Source of the DNA: Pseudomonadota bacterium
Lineage (GTDB): Bacteria > Pseudomonadota > Gammaproteobacteria > Steroidobacterales > Steroidobacteraceae
Reading direction: 5' to 3'
NCBI GenBank assembly: GCA_023433515.1
Contig: JAEZCN010000191.1
Coordinates: 214 to 64,213, forward strand
DNA: 64,000 nucleotides
Of the stretch, positions 1 through 9,039 are shown piece after piece; positions within the stretch are counted from its first letter, which is position 1, and each line of letters begins with the position of its first letter. Both the position numbers and the translations under genes were made by a program. Under the pieces are notes generated by a model, which made no database searches, was not told the DNA's origin, and saw nothing but the letters and a program-made list of their open reading frames with translations.

Positions 1-1283
1 GGCATCGCGTTCATGTCGGAAAGGTGCGCGTAGAAGATGCCCGGGCGCGATCCGTCCGGCGTTGCGCTCATATAATGCTGGGCCGCGCCCGGCTGTTCGC
101 GGAACGCTTCGACGCGCCGCACTTCCAGCTTGGCCTTCGGGAGGATGCCGAAATACTCCGGCAGCTTCGCCTCCATGCCCTTCAGATAGCCTTCGGCGAG
201 CCGGATGTACTCCGCCGCGCCCGCGTCATTGTTCGGCAGGTAAAAACGCTTGTCCGTGCGCATGAAGACAAAGAAGTCTGTCAGCGTGCCCTTGAAGCGT
301 GCCGCCTCTTTCACCTTTTCCATCTCGCCGCGGAGGCGCGCGACTTCCGACAGGCCAAGCGTGTGGATCTCGTCCGCCGTCATGTCGGTCGTGGTCTGCA
401 GGTAGAGCATGGCGTTGTAGAACTCGACGCCATTCGGCAGAGCCAGTGCACCTTGTTTGTCAGGCGTCTGCCCGTTGGGCTTGTCCTCGGTGATGAACGC
501 CGCCACGCGGTCATAGGCCGGCTTCATTTGCGTCGTCATCACATCGGCTACGGCCTTCTCGAACGCCTTGCCTTCATCCGCCGTGATCTTGCCGCCCGTG
601 ACCAGCTTGGCGATCTTCGTCTTGGCGTCGGCGAGCAGCGCCGCGTCCTTGCCTTTGGTGAAGGGCGCGCCCGTCGTCACGCGTTTGATCTCGCTCAATG
701 ACTGGTCATAGGTGAAGCCCGGCATGTGGATGCCGTCCGCCTGCGCTGCCTTCGCGCGCACCAGTAGCTGGTCCAGCGCATCGTCGATCAGCCCGACTCG
801 CGCGACATACGCCTCCATGTCCGTTTTCTCGTCGACGCGATGCTGGTTGATCAGGAAGTTCGGGATGCTCGTGGCCGCATTGCCGCGTGAAAACACATAG
901 CGGTTGCGCCGCCACTTCGCGCTCTCCTCCGCACGCTTCAGTTCGAGCTCCCATATCTCGTAGGAGAGCCTGGCGTCTTCGTTCAGCGTCTCCGGCGCGA
1001 ACTTCGCCTTCATGTCGTTGACGGACTGCCTGCGCCATTCCAGCCGCTTGTCCGCCGCCGCTTCAGAACGATCATCGAGCTCGCCATAACGGGTCTTGAT
1101 TCCCTGGCGGGTCATCTCCTCGGGCAGCTCGGCCAACTCTTCCTGGTATTCCGCATCGAGATAAGCCGTCAGCGCCGCACTGGCCCGAGCGACCGCCTCG
1201 GGCGACGGTCCCTCGACCGCCTGCTCACCCGTACACGCCGCCAGAACCAGCAGAGCTACGCCCGCGCTATAGATCGCCTTCAT
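1..1283 (-). CDS. DUF885-family lipoprotein; 3' end runs off the left window edge, so it is absent from the ORF track
   Basis: My own minus-strand translation from the ATG at 1283 gives MKAIYSAGVALLVLAACTGEQ... (lipobox LAAC), then ...ALPNGVEFYNAMLYLQTTTDMTADEIHTLGLSEVARLRGEMEKVK... The frame is open to position 1. A GAGG motif lies about 8 nt upstream. The + strand ORFs 24..701, 62..265 and similar are antisense shadows. Confidence 0.8.
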   Translation of the reverse strand, partial: MKAIYSAGVALLVLAACTGEQAVEGPSPEAVARASAALTAYLDAEYQEELAELPEEMTRQGIKTRYGELDDRSEAAADKRLEWRRQSVNDMKAKFAPETLNEDARLSYEIWELELKRAEESAKWRRNRYVFSRGNAATSIPNFLINQHRVDEKTDMEAYVARVGLIDDALDQLLVRAKAAQADGIHMPGFTYDQSLSEIKRVTTGAPFTKGKDAALLADAKTKIAKLVTGGKITADEGKAFEKAVADVMTTQMKPAYDRVAAFITEDKPNGQTPDKQGALALPNGVEFYNAMLYLQTTTDMTADEIHTLGLSEVARLRGEMEKVKEAARFKGTLTDFFVFMRTDKRFYLPNNDAGAAEYIRLAEGYLKGMEAKLPEYFGILPKAKLEVRRVEAFREQPGAAQHYMSATPDGSRPGIFYAHLSDMNAM

Positions 1284-1513
1284 CTCACCCTCACTCATGG
1301 AAATCCGTGCCCGAAGTTTGCCCGATATGGCGTGAAGGTGTCTCGGCGCGCCAGTCCTCCGGCGGCCTGGAATAGTTCTACCGGTCACGGTCTCATCGCG
1401 CCTCTCGCCGGAGAGCGACCTCCGGATTTGTGGAATGCGTCACGTTGCCGCCTAACAAGGTGGGTCAGGTGGAGGTACCCTAACGACGCACCTGCCTGAG
1501 GGAGAAACCACCG

Positions 1514-2953
1514 ATGCACACGAATCACTTTGGCCTGCGTCTCGCCGCCGCCACCCTGGCGTTGGCGCTGCCGATGTTGGCCGTAGCCCAGCAGCTCGAG
1601 CGCGACGTCGGTGTCGTCAGCGAAGATGTCGAGGGGCGGCTGGAGGGCTACAGCTTCCAGGAAGGTCCGGTCTCGACGCTCGAGTTTCACGGTACGGCGA
1701 TCGCACTGGGCGCCGCGGGTGAGGGTGAGGTGGAGTTCCAGGACGGGCGTGCACGCGTCGAGATCACGGTGCGAAAGATGCCGGATCCAGCCAAGTTGGG
1801 TCCCTTCTCTACGTATGTGTTGTGGGCCGTCACGGCAGATGGTCGCGCCAACAATATCGGCGCGATCGAAACAGTGAACGGGCTCGGCTCGCTCGAGACT
1901 TCGGCGGCGCTGTCGCAGTTCGCCCTGATCGTCAGCGCGGAGCCGCACTTCGCGGTCACTGCGCCCTCCAAGTACCTGGTGCTGCGCAACCTCGGGAAAC
2001 GCATTCGTGGCAAGCGCGTGATGATTCCGGGGCTGACGGAGCGACTCGACTACAAGAATCTCGCGCGACAGAAGGTGGATCCAAAGGCGAAGTACAAGGT
2101 CCCGGCCGACCTCGTGCAGGCGCGCTACGCGCTCGCCATCGCCACCGGCGCTGAGGCCGACAAGTACGCGGCGCAGGAATTCGGACAGGCGAAGGCCTCG
2201 CTCGCCAAGGCCGAGGAGGCGCAGGCGAGCAAGAAGAGCAGCATCCGCAAGACCGTCCCTCTCATCGCTCGCGACGCGGTGCAGATGGGTGAGGATGCGC
2301 GCCGGCAGGCGATCCTCGGGCGGCAGGCTGCCGATGCCGCGGCGCTCGCCGCCGAGGAGACGAAGAAGCGCGAGGAAGCGGCGGCCGTCGCGCGCCGAGA
2401 CGCGGAGGAGAAGGCACGGGTCGAGGCCGAACGGGTGGCGCAGGAGGCAGCCCGGCAAAAGGCACTCGCTGCCGAGCAGGCATCTCGCGAGGCGGCTTTG
2501 GAGGCACAGCGCCAGGCGCGCGCGGATCTCACGGCGCGGCTGAATCGCGCGCTGCCGACACGGCAGACGGAGCGCGGCATCGTCGCTGAGATTGCAGGCG
2601 TGCAGTTCGCGACGGCAAAGGCCGATTTGCGTCCGGAGGCGCGCGAGGCGCTCGCGCGATTCTCAGGAATCATCGGCGTGTACCCTTCGATTCGCGTCAC
2701 TGTCGAGGGTCACACCGATAATACCGGCAGCCACGAGACGAACCTGACGCTGTCTCAGGCGCGCGCAACTGTGGTGCGCGACTACCTGGCGGCGCAGGGC
2801 GTCGAGTCCTCGCACCTCGACGTGCAGGGACTGGGCCCCGATCGACCAGTTGCGGACAACGCGACCGCGGAAGGGCGTGCGCGCAACCGGCGGGTCGAGA
2901 TCATCCTCACGGGAGACCTGCTGTCCGGAGAAAACCCGACGGCGAGTAGATAG
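1514..2953 (+). CDS. OmpA-family protein: secreted N-terminal domain, Ala/Glu/Arg-rich coiled-coil linker, C-terminal OmpA peptidoglycan-binding domain
   Basis: Signal peptide MHTNHFGLRLAAATLALALPMLAVAQQ. C-terminal OmpA_C signature VTVEGHTDNTGSHETNLTLSQARATVVRDYL...GRARNRRVEIIL. GAGGGAG lies upstream of the ATG. Confidence 0.85.
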   Translation: MHTNHFGLRLAAATLALALPMLAVAQQLERDVGVVSEDVEGRLEGYSFQEGPVSTLEFHGTAIALGAAGEGEVEFQDGRARVEITVRKMPDPAKLGPFSTYVLWAVTADGRANNIGAIETVNGLGSLETSAALSQFALIVSAEPHFAVTAPSKYLVLRNLGKRIRGKRVMIPGLTERLDYKNLARQKVDPKAKYKVPADLVQARYALAIATGAEADKYAAQEFGQAKASLAKAEEAQASKKSSIRKTVPLIARDAVQMGEDARRQAILGRQAADAAALAAEETKKREEAAAVARRDAEEKARVEAERVAQEAARQKALAAEQASREAALEAQRQARADLTARLNRALPTRQTERGIVAEIAGVQFATAKADLRPEAREALARFSGIIGVYPSIRVTVEGHTDNTGSHETNLTLSQARATVVRDYLAAQGVESSHLDVQGLGPDRPVADNATAEGRARNRRVEIILTGDLLSGENPTASR

Positions 2954-3066
2954 AGGACACGATCGGGGAATCGGCCCATATGGCGACTTGCGGCGCGCCT
3001 GCGCGGCACCGCATAACGGTTATGCGCCGATAGGCACTGGCCGGCATTGCGGCGATGCCCCACTGT

Positions 3067-3093
3067 CCGGGTCAGCTCATCCTGGAGACCCGG
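3067..3093 (+). promoter_or_regulatory. 7-bp GC-rich hairpin (CCGGGTC/GACCCGG, 13-nt loop) whose 3' arm overlaps the GGAG Shine-Dalgarno of sugE
   Basis: Sequence ccgggtc-agctcatcctgga-gacccgg ends 3 nt before the ATG at 3097. GGAG at 3084-3087 sits at the loop/stem junction. Confidence 0.35.
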
Positions 3094-3096
3094 CCA

Positions 3097-3423
3097 ATGG
3101 TTCGCATCGCGTGGCTGCAATTGCTGCTCGCCGGCATCTTGGAAATCGCCATGGCGCTGGCCTTGAAGAACTCGCAGGGCTGGACGCGATTCTGGCCGAG
3201 CGCACTCGGTGTCGCCGCGGCGCTCGCCAGCGTGTTCATGCTCACCTCGGCACTGAAACATCTGCCGGTAGGGCTCGCGTACGCCGTCTGGACCGGTATC
3301 GGCGCCGCTGGAGTCGCCGTCGTTGGAATAGTGTGGCTGCACGAGTCCGCCTCGGCGGTCCGGCTCGGCTTCATCTCCATGATCGTGGCGGGCGTTGCCG
3401 GACTGAGATTCATCGAGTCCTGA
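3097..3423 (+). CDS. sugE: SMR-family small multidrug/guanidinium exporter (SugE/Gdx-like)
   Basis: 108 aa with four hydrophobic helices: MVRIAWLQLLLAGILEIAMALALKNSQGW...AYAVWTGIGAAGVAVVGIVWLHE. The conserved membrane Glu lies in helix 1. The listed ORF 3055..3423 has a 14-aa extension with no SD. Confidence 0.85.
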   Translation: MVRIAWLQLLLAGILEIAMALALKNSQGWTRFWPSALGVAAALASVFMLTSALKHLPVGLAYAVWTGIGAAGVAVVGIVWLHESASAVRLGFISMIVAGVAGLRFIES

Positions 3424-3432
3424 GGCGCGCAT

Positions 3433-4062
3433 ATGTCCAGGCTCCTCTACATCGAAGCTTCGCCGTCGAAGAAGCGCTCGCACACCATCGCCGCGGCGCG
3501 CGCCTTCCTGGCTGGCTACCAGCACAGCCATCCGGGGCACGCTGTCGAAACCCTGGATCTCTGGCGCGCCGAGTTGCCGCCTTTCGACGAAGACACGATC
3601 GAAGCGAAATTCGCGGTGCTGCGGAACAAGTCGTTCACACCGCGGCAACTCGAAACCTGGAGCGCCGTGCAGCAAGTGTCGCGTCACTTCAACGGATTCG
3701 ACCGGTACCTGATTGCCACGCCGATGTGGAACTTCGGCGTTCCCTACGTGTTGAAACATTTCATCGACGTGGTCACGCTGGCGGGCGAGAACTGGACGTG
3801 GACGCCGGCCGCGGGCTATCTACCCCTGCTCACCGGCAAGAAGGCGGCGCTCATCTACTCCAGCGCGGGTGCCTATGGCATCGGCCCCGGATATGACGAG
3901 TCGGACTTTCAGAAACCTTACTTGCGCCGCTGGCTGAACTTCATCGGCGTGCACGACATCGCAGAGATCGCCATCGCCCCGACACTCGCCGATTCGGCGC
4001 GCGTGGCCGCCGTCGACGCCGAGGCGCAAGCGCAGGCGTCAGGTCTGGCGCGCACCTTCTGA
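3433..4062 (+). CDS. FMN-dependent NADH-azoreductase-like flavodoxin-fold protein (AzoR family)
   Basis: MSRLLYIEASPS...IATPMWNFGVPYVLKHFIDVV...GKKAALIYSSAG resembles the AzoR core motifs (PMYNF..LK.YFD). Confidence 0.75.
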   Translation: MSRLLYIEASPSKKRSHTIAAARAFLAGYQHSHPGHAVETLDLWRAELPPFDEDTIEAKFAVLRNKSFTPRQLETWSAVQQVSRHFNGFDRYLIATPMWNFGVPYVLKHFIDVVTLAGENWTWTPAAGYLPLLTGKKAALIYSSAGAYGIGPGYDESDFQKPYLRRWLNFIGVHDIAEIAIAPTLADSARVAAVDAEAQAQASGLARTF

Positions 4063-4944
4063 GTTCCGGGGCGAGTCGAACTTCACGGCCCCTCCTGCGC
4101 GCAGCGCGTCGAACATGTGTCGCGTGAACAACCTGACAACCGGGTCCTGCTTGAGGTCGCCATGCGTGAGTATCCAGACATCCGTGTTCATGGCAGGGTC
4201 CGGCGGCTGGATTCGGACCAGTTCGTCGTCGCCTTCCGCGAGAAAGGTCAGGAGCATTGCCGCGCCGAGTCCGGCCTTGACGGCGTCTCGCATCCCCACG
4301 AGTGAATCCGCCGATGCCGCGATACGTTGCGCAGGCACGTTCTGCTCCGCCCACCTCGCTTGCGCCAGGTGCGCGAGGCTCGGGGCCGGCACGATCCAAT
4401 CGCAGGCCTCGAGCTTGCGGCCGCGCGCGCGCCAGTACTTCCGGGATGCGTACGGGGCCGTTTCGATGTAGCCAACCCTGCGGCCGATGAGATTGCCCGA
4501 CGGATCGTTCGATGGCCGGATGGCCACGTCCGCCTCCTGCCGGGCCAGGCTGAGAAAGGCATTGTTGACGACGAGCTGAAGGCGGATCGCGGGGTGAGCG
4601 GCGCGGAACTCCGCCAGCAGTGGCATGAGAATTCCGTGCATCAACGTGTCGGTGCTGGTCACGCGCAATACACGTTTGTCAGGCCTTTCGAGATGGCGCT
4701 GCGCACTTTCGATCTGCTCTGCGACGCCCCCGAGCCGGTCGCGCAATTCCTCGCCCGCCGGGGTCAGTTGATACCCCGTCCGTAGCCGCTTGAAGAGTCG
4801 CTGGCCGATCGCGTGCTCGAGACTCGCGAGCCGGCGCAACACCGTCGAGTGATTGGTGGCTAGCTGCCGCGCGGCCGACGCGATCGACCCGCACCGCGTC
4901 ACCGTCATGAAGAATCGCAGATCGTCCCAGTCAGTACTGCGCAT
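4039..4944 (-). CDS. LysR-family transcriptional regulator
   Basis: N-terminal HTH: LRFFMTVTRCGSIASAARQLATNHSTVLRRLASLEHAIGQRLFKR. Length is typical (~300 aa). The 3' end overlaps the convergent azoR-like gene by 24 nt. Confidence 0.9.
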   Translation of the reverse strand: MRSTDWDDLRFFMTVTRCGSIASAARQLATNHSTVLRRLASLEHAIGQRLFKRLRTGYQLTPAGEELRDRLGGVAEQIESAQRHLERPDKRVLRVTSTDTLMHGILMPLLAEFRAAHPAIRLQLVVNNAFLSLARQEADVAIRPSNDPSGNLIGRRVGYIETAPYASRKYWRARGRKLEACDWIVPAPSLAHLAQARWAEQNVPAQRIAASADSLVGMRDAVKAGLGAAMLLTFLAEGDDELVRIQPPDPAMNTDVWILTHGDLKQDPVVRLFTRHMFDALRAGGAVKFDSPRNSEGARQT

Positions 4945-5039
4945 CGGCCTGGGAGTCTAAACGCCTTCGCTACTTCACGCTCTCCAGCGCCTTGCGCACC
5001 ACGTTCCCACTGATGCCCGCGAGATTGAAACCCTCGCCG

Positions 5040-5753
5040 TCAGTCGACGATGGCTTTGCCCGCGGTGCACTTCATTTCAGAAGGCCCGCCGCGGCAGGGC
5101 ATGTCGAAAGTGCCATCGATGACCATCGTGCGGTCTCCGACGATTTCCTCCTTGGCCTCGAAGTGGAAGCTGCCCGCCATGCCCTTGTCGTCGAATCGCT
5201 CGATGGTCAGCGTGCCGCTGGTGGCCTCGAACATCGAGGTGCCAAACAGAAGCGGGAAGACCCAGAAGCCTTTGGGGGCATTGGGGTCCGCGCTGCGCGG
5301 CACGATGGGATAGGTGCCGGGACCATAAGCCACGTCGGCCTCGGAGAGCTGGCCGCGTCCGTGGATGCCCAGCGCGATCTCGTTCTGGCCGTCGGCATTT
5401 TCGTAGGAGCAGTTCACTTCGAGCGCCGGCGACCTGGCGTCGATGAGTTTCTGGTGTTCGTCGTCGCCGGCCCAGTAGGTGGAGTGCACGGTGCTCGGGC
5501 CTTCACCCAGCATGATCTTGCCGCGCGGGTCCCAGGAGGTCTGCCATTCCCGGGTTTCGGGCGCGGTCATCTTGAGCGTGCAGGCGTGGAGGTAGTCAGC
5601 TCGCCGCGGGTCCGCGCCCGAGTCCTCGGCGGTCCCCACGTCCGCCGCGGCCTCGGGCTCTTGTGTTTCTGCATCCTTGCTGCCGCAGGCCGTGATGAGC
5701 GCAGCCGTCGCCAGGGCTGCAGCCGCGATCGTCGTTGGCTTGAAATGCCTCAT
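5040..5753 (-). CDS. Hypothetical lipoprotein (237 aa)
   Basis: An internal ATG at 5753 gives MRHFKPTTIAAAALATAALITACGSKD (lipobox ITAC), with GGAGAAGGG upstream. The rest of listed ORF 5040..6533 overlaps selO on the opposite strand and looks non-coding. Confidence 0.6.
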   Translation of the reverse strand: MRHFKPTTIAAAALATAALITACGSKDAETQEPEAAADVGTAEDSGADPRRADYLHACTLKMTAPETREWQTSWDPRGKIMLGEGPSTVHSTYWAGDDEHQKLIDARSPALEVNCSYENADGQNEIALGIHGRGQLSEADVAYGPGTYPIVPRSADPNAPKGFWVFPLLFGTSMFEATSGTLTIERFDDKGMAGSFHFEAKEEIVGDRTMVIDGTFDMPCRGGPSEMKCTAGKAIVD

Positions 5754-5918
5754 GCGTCCCTTCTCCCTCTTGAAGATAGGCGCGAGGATGCCACGAGAAG
5801 ATAGGCGTTGTCCGCTGTCGGCTGGCGCCGACTGAGCCGTGAAATTCTTCCAGGCGTTCATGATCGCAGGTTGGTATGGTGTCAAGCGTTGAATCGAGCA
5901 GCTCGAGTCCCGCCGATC

Positions 5919-7388
5919 ATGCATCTCGGCTTTCAAAACACCTACGCTGAACTGCCTTCGCGGTTCTACGCGCGGGTTGCGCCGGCGCGCGTCAAAGATC
6001 CACGGCTGGTCGTCTTCAACTCCCGACTGGCAGAAGAACTCGGCCTCGATCCGCTCGTCCTCGAGCGTGATGCCGCAACCTGGTTCTCGGGCAATCAGGC
6101 GCTCGCCGATGCGGACCCGATTGCCATGGCCTACGCGGGCCATCAATTCGGCGGCTTCGTGCCGCAGCTCGGCGATGGTCGCGCCCTCTTGCTGGGTGAA
6201 CGGGTGGGGCGCGACGGCGAGCGGCGCGACATCCAGCTCAAAGGCTCGGGACGGACGCCGTTCTCGCGCAATGGCGACGGGCGCGCGGCGCTGGGTCCGA
6301 TGCTGCGCGAGTACCTCGTCAGCGAGGCCATGCATGCGCTCGGTATTCCGACCACGCGCTCGCTCGCGGTGGTCACCACCGGCGAGCAGGTCGTTCGCGA
6401 CGATCTGCTGCCCGGAGCGGTGCTGACACGGGTGGCCGCGAGTCACGTTCGAGTCGGCACCTTCGAATACTTCGCCGCTCGTGACGATCACGATGCCGTT
6501 CGCCGGCTGCTCGATTATGTAATTGAGCGCCACTACCCCGAAACGCGCGACACCAAACTACCCGCGTTGGCGGTGCTCGAAGCCGTCACGCAGCGCCAGG
6601 CCGCGTTGATCGCGGACTGGATGAGCGTCGGCTTCATCCATGGCGTCATGAACACGGACAACATGGCCATTTCGGGCGAGACGATCGACTACGGGCCGTG
6701 TGCGTTCATGGATCACTATGACGTGAACACCGTGTTCAGCTCGATCGATCATGGCGGCCGGTATGCGTATGGCAATCAGCCCGCCATCGCGCAATGGAAT
6801 CTCGCGCGGTTCGCCGAAACCCTGCTGCCACTCATCGATGCGGACTCGGAGAAGGCGATCGAGCTCGCGACTGCGGTAGTCAGGGACTTCATGCCGGGTT
6901 TCGATGCGCAGCTCCTGGCACGCATGCGGCGCAAGATCGGCCTGTCGACCGAACACGAAAGCGATGTCGAACTCATCAAGTCCCTGTTGGCAACGATGCA
7001 ATCGGCCGGAGCGGATTTCACGCTGACGTTCCGTCGTCTGGCGGGTTGTGCCGAAGAAACGGGCAACGACGCCGCGATACGCGAGCTGTTCGCGCCGTCG
7101 ACCGGAATCGAAGACTGGCTGCGGCGCTGGCGCGCACGCCTCGCCAGCGAGCCGCACGGTGCGACCGAACGCGGCGCGAATATGCGCCGCGTGAACCCGG
7201 CCTTCGTTCCGCGCAACCATCGAGTGGAGGCGGCGCTCGAAGCGGCCTCGACGCACGGGGACTTCGCGCCGTTCCACCGGCTCCTGAAAATTCTCGAGCA
7301 TCCGTTCGACGACCAGGCTGGCGTGGGGGAATTCGAGCAGCCCCCGGCGCCGGCCGAGCGCGTGCGTCAGACGTTCTGCGGGACTTGA
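5919..7388 (+). CDS. selO: Protein adenylyltransferase SelO (YdiU/UPF0061 pseudokinase family)
   Basis: Motifs: MAYAGHQFGGFVPQLGDGRALLLGE, DIQLKGSGRTPFSR, HGVMNTDNMAISGETIDYGPCAFMD. The product is 489 aa from the ATG at 5919 (MHLGFQNTYAELP). Confidence 0.9.
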   Translation: MHLGFQNTYAELPSRFYARVAPARVKDPRLVVFNSRLAEELGLDPLVLERDAATWFSGNQALADADPIAMAYAGHQFGGFVPQLGDGRALLLGERVGRDGERRDIQLKGSGRTPFSRNGDGRAALGPMLREYLVSEAMHALGIPTTRSLAVVTTGEQVVRDDLLPGAVLTRVAASHVRVGTFEYFAARDDHDAVRRLLDYVIERHYPETRDTKLPALAVLEAVTQRQAALIADWMSVGFIHGVMNTDNMAISGETIDYGPCAFMDHYDVNTVFSSIDHGGRYAYGNQPAIAQWNLARFAETLLPLIDADSEKAIELATAVVRDFMPGFDAQLLARMRRKIGLSTEHESDVELIKSLLATMQSAGADFTLTFRRLAGCAEETGNDAAIRELFAPSTGIEDWLRRWRARLASEPHGATERGANMRRVNPAFVPRNHRVEAALEAASTHGDFAPFHRLLKILEHPFDDQAGVGEFEQPPAPAERVRQTFCGT

Positions 7389-7431
7389 GTGGCTCGGGGC
7401 CGCGCCTCGTTCGATAGCTAGAGACCGGCGG

Positions 7432-8220
7432 CTATGCGGATTTCGCCAACAGCGTATGCTCGACCCACGTCGCAAGCGCATCAAGCATCTCGGCCCTGAC
7501 TTCCGCATCGTTGCGTCCGCTGCGCGCGGGCACATGAAACGAATGATCCGCATCCGGCAGTAGCTTGAGCGTTGCGCGCGCGCCGAGCTGGTCGATGAGC
7601 GGCTGCAGTAGCTCGAGCTTCGCGAGCTCGTCGCGCGTGCCCTGCAAGAACAGCATGGGGATCTCCACCGAGCGCAGGTGCTCGGCGCGCTCGACGGAGG
7701 GCTTCCCCGCCGGGTGCAGCGGAAAACCAATGAAAGCCAGACCCTTCACGCCAGGGAGCGGTTCGATGGATTGCGCCTGCGAGGTCATCCGTCCGCCGAA
7801 GGACCTGCCGCCCGCGATCAGCGTCAGCTTGGGCGCCAAGCGCGCAGCCTCCGCAACGGCCGCGCGCACGGTTGCGTGGCAGACCGGCGGAGGATCCGGG
7901 CGTTTGCTGCGACGCTCCATGTAGGGAAACTGGAAGCGCAGTGTCGCGATTTTCCGGGCGGCGAGATCCGCCGCGATCGCCACCATGGACGGGTGTTCCA
8001 TGCCCGCTCCCGCGCCGTGTGCGAGCACCATGCACGCCGTAGCGCCAGGCGGAAGCTGTAGCAGCGCAGAGACGCGATTCGTCTCGTCGATCGCGAAGGT
8101 CAGCCGCTCTGCATTGCCTGTGCTCACTGGAGCGTCGCCCGCAGCCTTACGCAAATTCGCATGACAGACCCCAGGGCAGAAGAATGTGGGGAGTCCGGCA
8201 CGATGACCAGGGGTTGTCAA
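7432..8220 (-). CDS. Alpha/beta-fold hydrolase (dienelactone-hydrolase-like, COG3571 type); start uncertain
   Basis: VLAHGAGAGMEHPSM...IAGGRSFGGRMTS (nucleophile elbow GxSxG)...LFLQGTRDE...DADHSF. The first codon in the track is TTG. An internal GTG (VSTGNAERL) is an alternative start. Confidence 0.75.
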   Translation of the reverse strand: MTTPGHRAGLPTFFCPGVCHANLRKAAGDAPVSTGNAERLTFAIDETNRVSALLQLPPGATACMVLAHGAGAGMEHPSMVAIAADLAARKIATLRFQFPYMERRSKRPDPPPVCHATVRAAVAEAARLAPKLTLIAGGRSFGGRMTSQAQSIEPLPGVKGLAFIGFPLHPAGKPSVERAEHLRSVEIPMLFLQGTRDELAKLELLQPLIDQLGARATLKLLPDADHSFHVPARSGRNDAEVRAEMLDALATWVEHTLLAKSA

Positions 8221-8346
8221 TGTCTCTACCTATCCACACCCCGAAAGGGATAGAGAGACTCAATCGGATGCGCGATGTCGCTGTAACACGAGACTGATAT
8301 CGTCCTCACCGTCGCCAATCAGGCGATTTCACCAAGGAATATCGAA

Positions 8347-8538
8347 ATGTCTTCGTCGAATCTTGCCGTGCGCTTGGAGCACGCGGCAACGGACGCTCCC
8401 TCCCCCTCGCCACGCCCCGAAAGTCGCGAAGCCGCGAACGACGAGCGCATGGTGAAGAGCGTCCGGCGCAGGTTGTCTCTCACGAACAGGAAGTTCGTCG
8501 TCCACGATCAGGGCTTGCGGTTGTTCCGCATTCGTTGA
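8347..8538 (+). CDS. Possible small protein (63 aa) or part of a small transcript ending at the 8601..8638 terminator
   Basis: ATG preceded by AAGGAA at about -8. A strong + strand terminator lies 63 nt downstream. No recognisable motif, so coding status is uncertain. Confidence 0.25.
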   Translation: MSSSNLAVRLEHAATDAPSPSPRPESREAANDERMVKSVRRRLSLTNRKFVVHDQGLRLFRIR

Positions 8539-8600
8539 TCAGTTAACAAGTGCTCCGCCATCGTTCGCCTACGCGACGATGGGCGGATGCAAGAATTCTG

Positions 8601-8638
8601 AAGCCCCCGCCGGGCGACCGGCGGGGGCTTTTCGTTTT
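8601..8638 (+). terminator. Rho-independent terminator (+ strand only)
   Basis: aagcccccgccgg-gcga-ccggcgggggctt followed by ttcgtttt: an 11 GC-rich bp stem plus a T-tract. The reverse complement lacks a T-tract. Confidence 0.8.
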
Positions 8639-8926
8639 CGGACGGCGCATTTTTGACTAAGTGAGTCAGACGTGCCGTGTCCGCTGCATACCGACAAGTC
8701 ATGCGTTGTCGCGTCGCTGTCCTGCACGGGATTGCTCGTCATCTCCGCCTACAAGAGCGCGCGCGCCTGCAGCCTTCAATCCCGCAAGTTTCGCGACAGA
8801 CTCGATTGCTACCTTGGATTCCGATGACTATCCACTGTCGAGGAACCAGCCATGTCGCAAAGATCCCTGCCGCTCGCCGCCCTTACTACATGCATTGGCT
8901 GGCTTCCAGTGCATGCGCCTTCGCGC

Positions 8927-8959
8927 GCTCTTCACGCCGCGTTCGCACGCTCTTCACGC
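8927..8959. promoter_or_regulatory. Two exact copies of the 11-mer GCTCTTCACGC spaced 22 bp start-to-start, ~80 nt upstream of the TonB-receptor ATG
   Basis: The copies are at 8927-8937 and 8949-8959. A related CCTTCACTC follows. This is a candidate direct-repeat operator; the function is not established. Confidence 0.3.
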
Positions 8960-9039
8960 GGCCTTCACTCCGATCGGCTCAGAGTTCATGCGCGGTGAGC
9001 GTTCATGGGTATCGCGCCGGGCACAATGAGGAGATCGGG

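Noticed and set aside
24-701. 225-aa + strand ORF (and the neighbouring + strand ORFs 62..265, 299..493, 712..900)
   Set aside because: The composition is Arg/Ala/His-rich and junk-like. It lies exactly antisense to a coherent DUF885 reading frame that is open from 1283 to the window edge.
1385-2458. 357-aa minus-strand ORF
   Set aside because: It is an antisense shadow of the OmpA-family gene (1514..2953). The sequence is Arg/Leu/Gly-rich with no motifs.
2954-3096. Guanidine-I/II/III riboswitch upstream of sugE
   Set aside because: I could not find the conserved elements: CUAGGGUUCCG/GGUCCGAGAG for class I, two G-C-closed ACGR tetraloop hairpins for class II, or the class III pseudoknot core. 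It is kept only as a low-interest leader finding that needs cmscan.
5754-6533. N-terminal 260 codons of listed ORF 5040..6533
   Set aside because: This part overlaps selO on the opposite strand and has no protein-like features. A lipoprotein signal with an SD begins at the internal ATG at 5753.
8639-9039. Cobalamin (B12) riboswitch in the long leader of the TonB receptor
   Set aside because: Only a weak CCACTG...AACCAGCC resemblance to the B12 box is present. The receptor is not BtuB-like, since it has a CarbopepD_reg N-domain. This is insufficient evidence without a covariance-model search.
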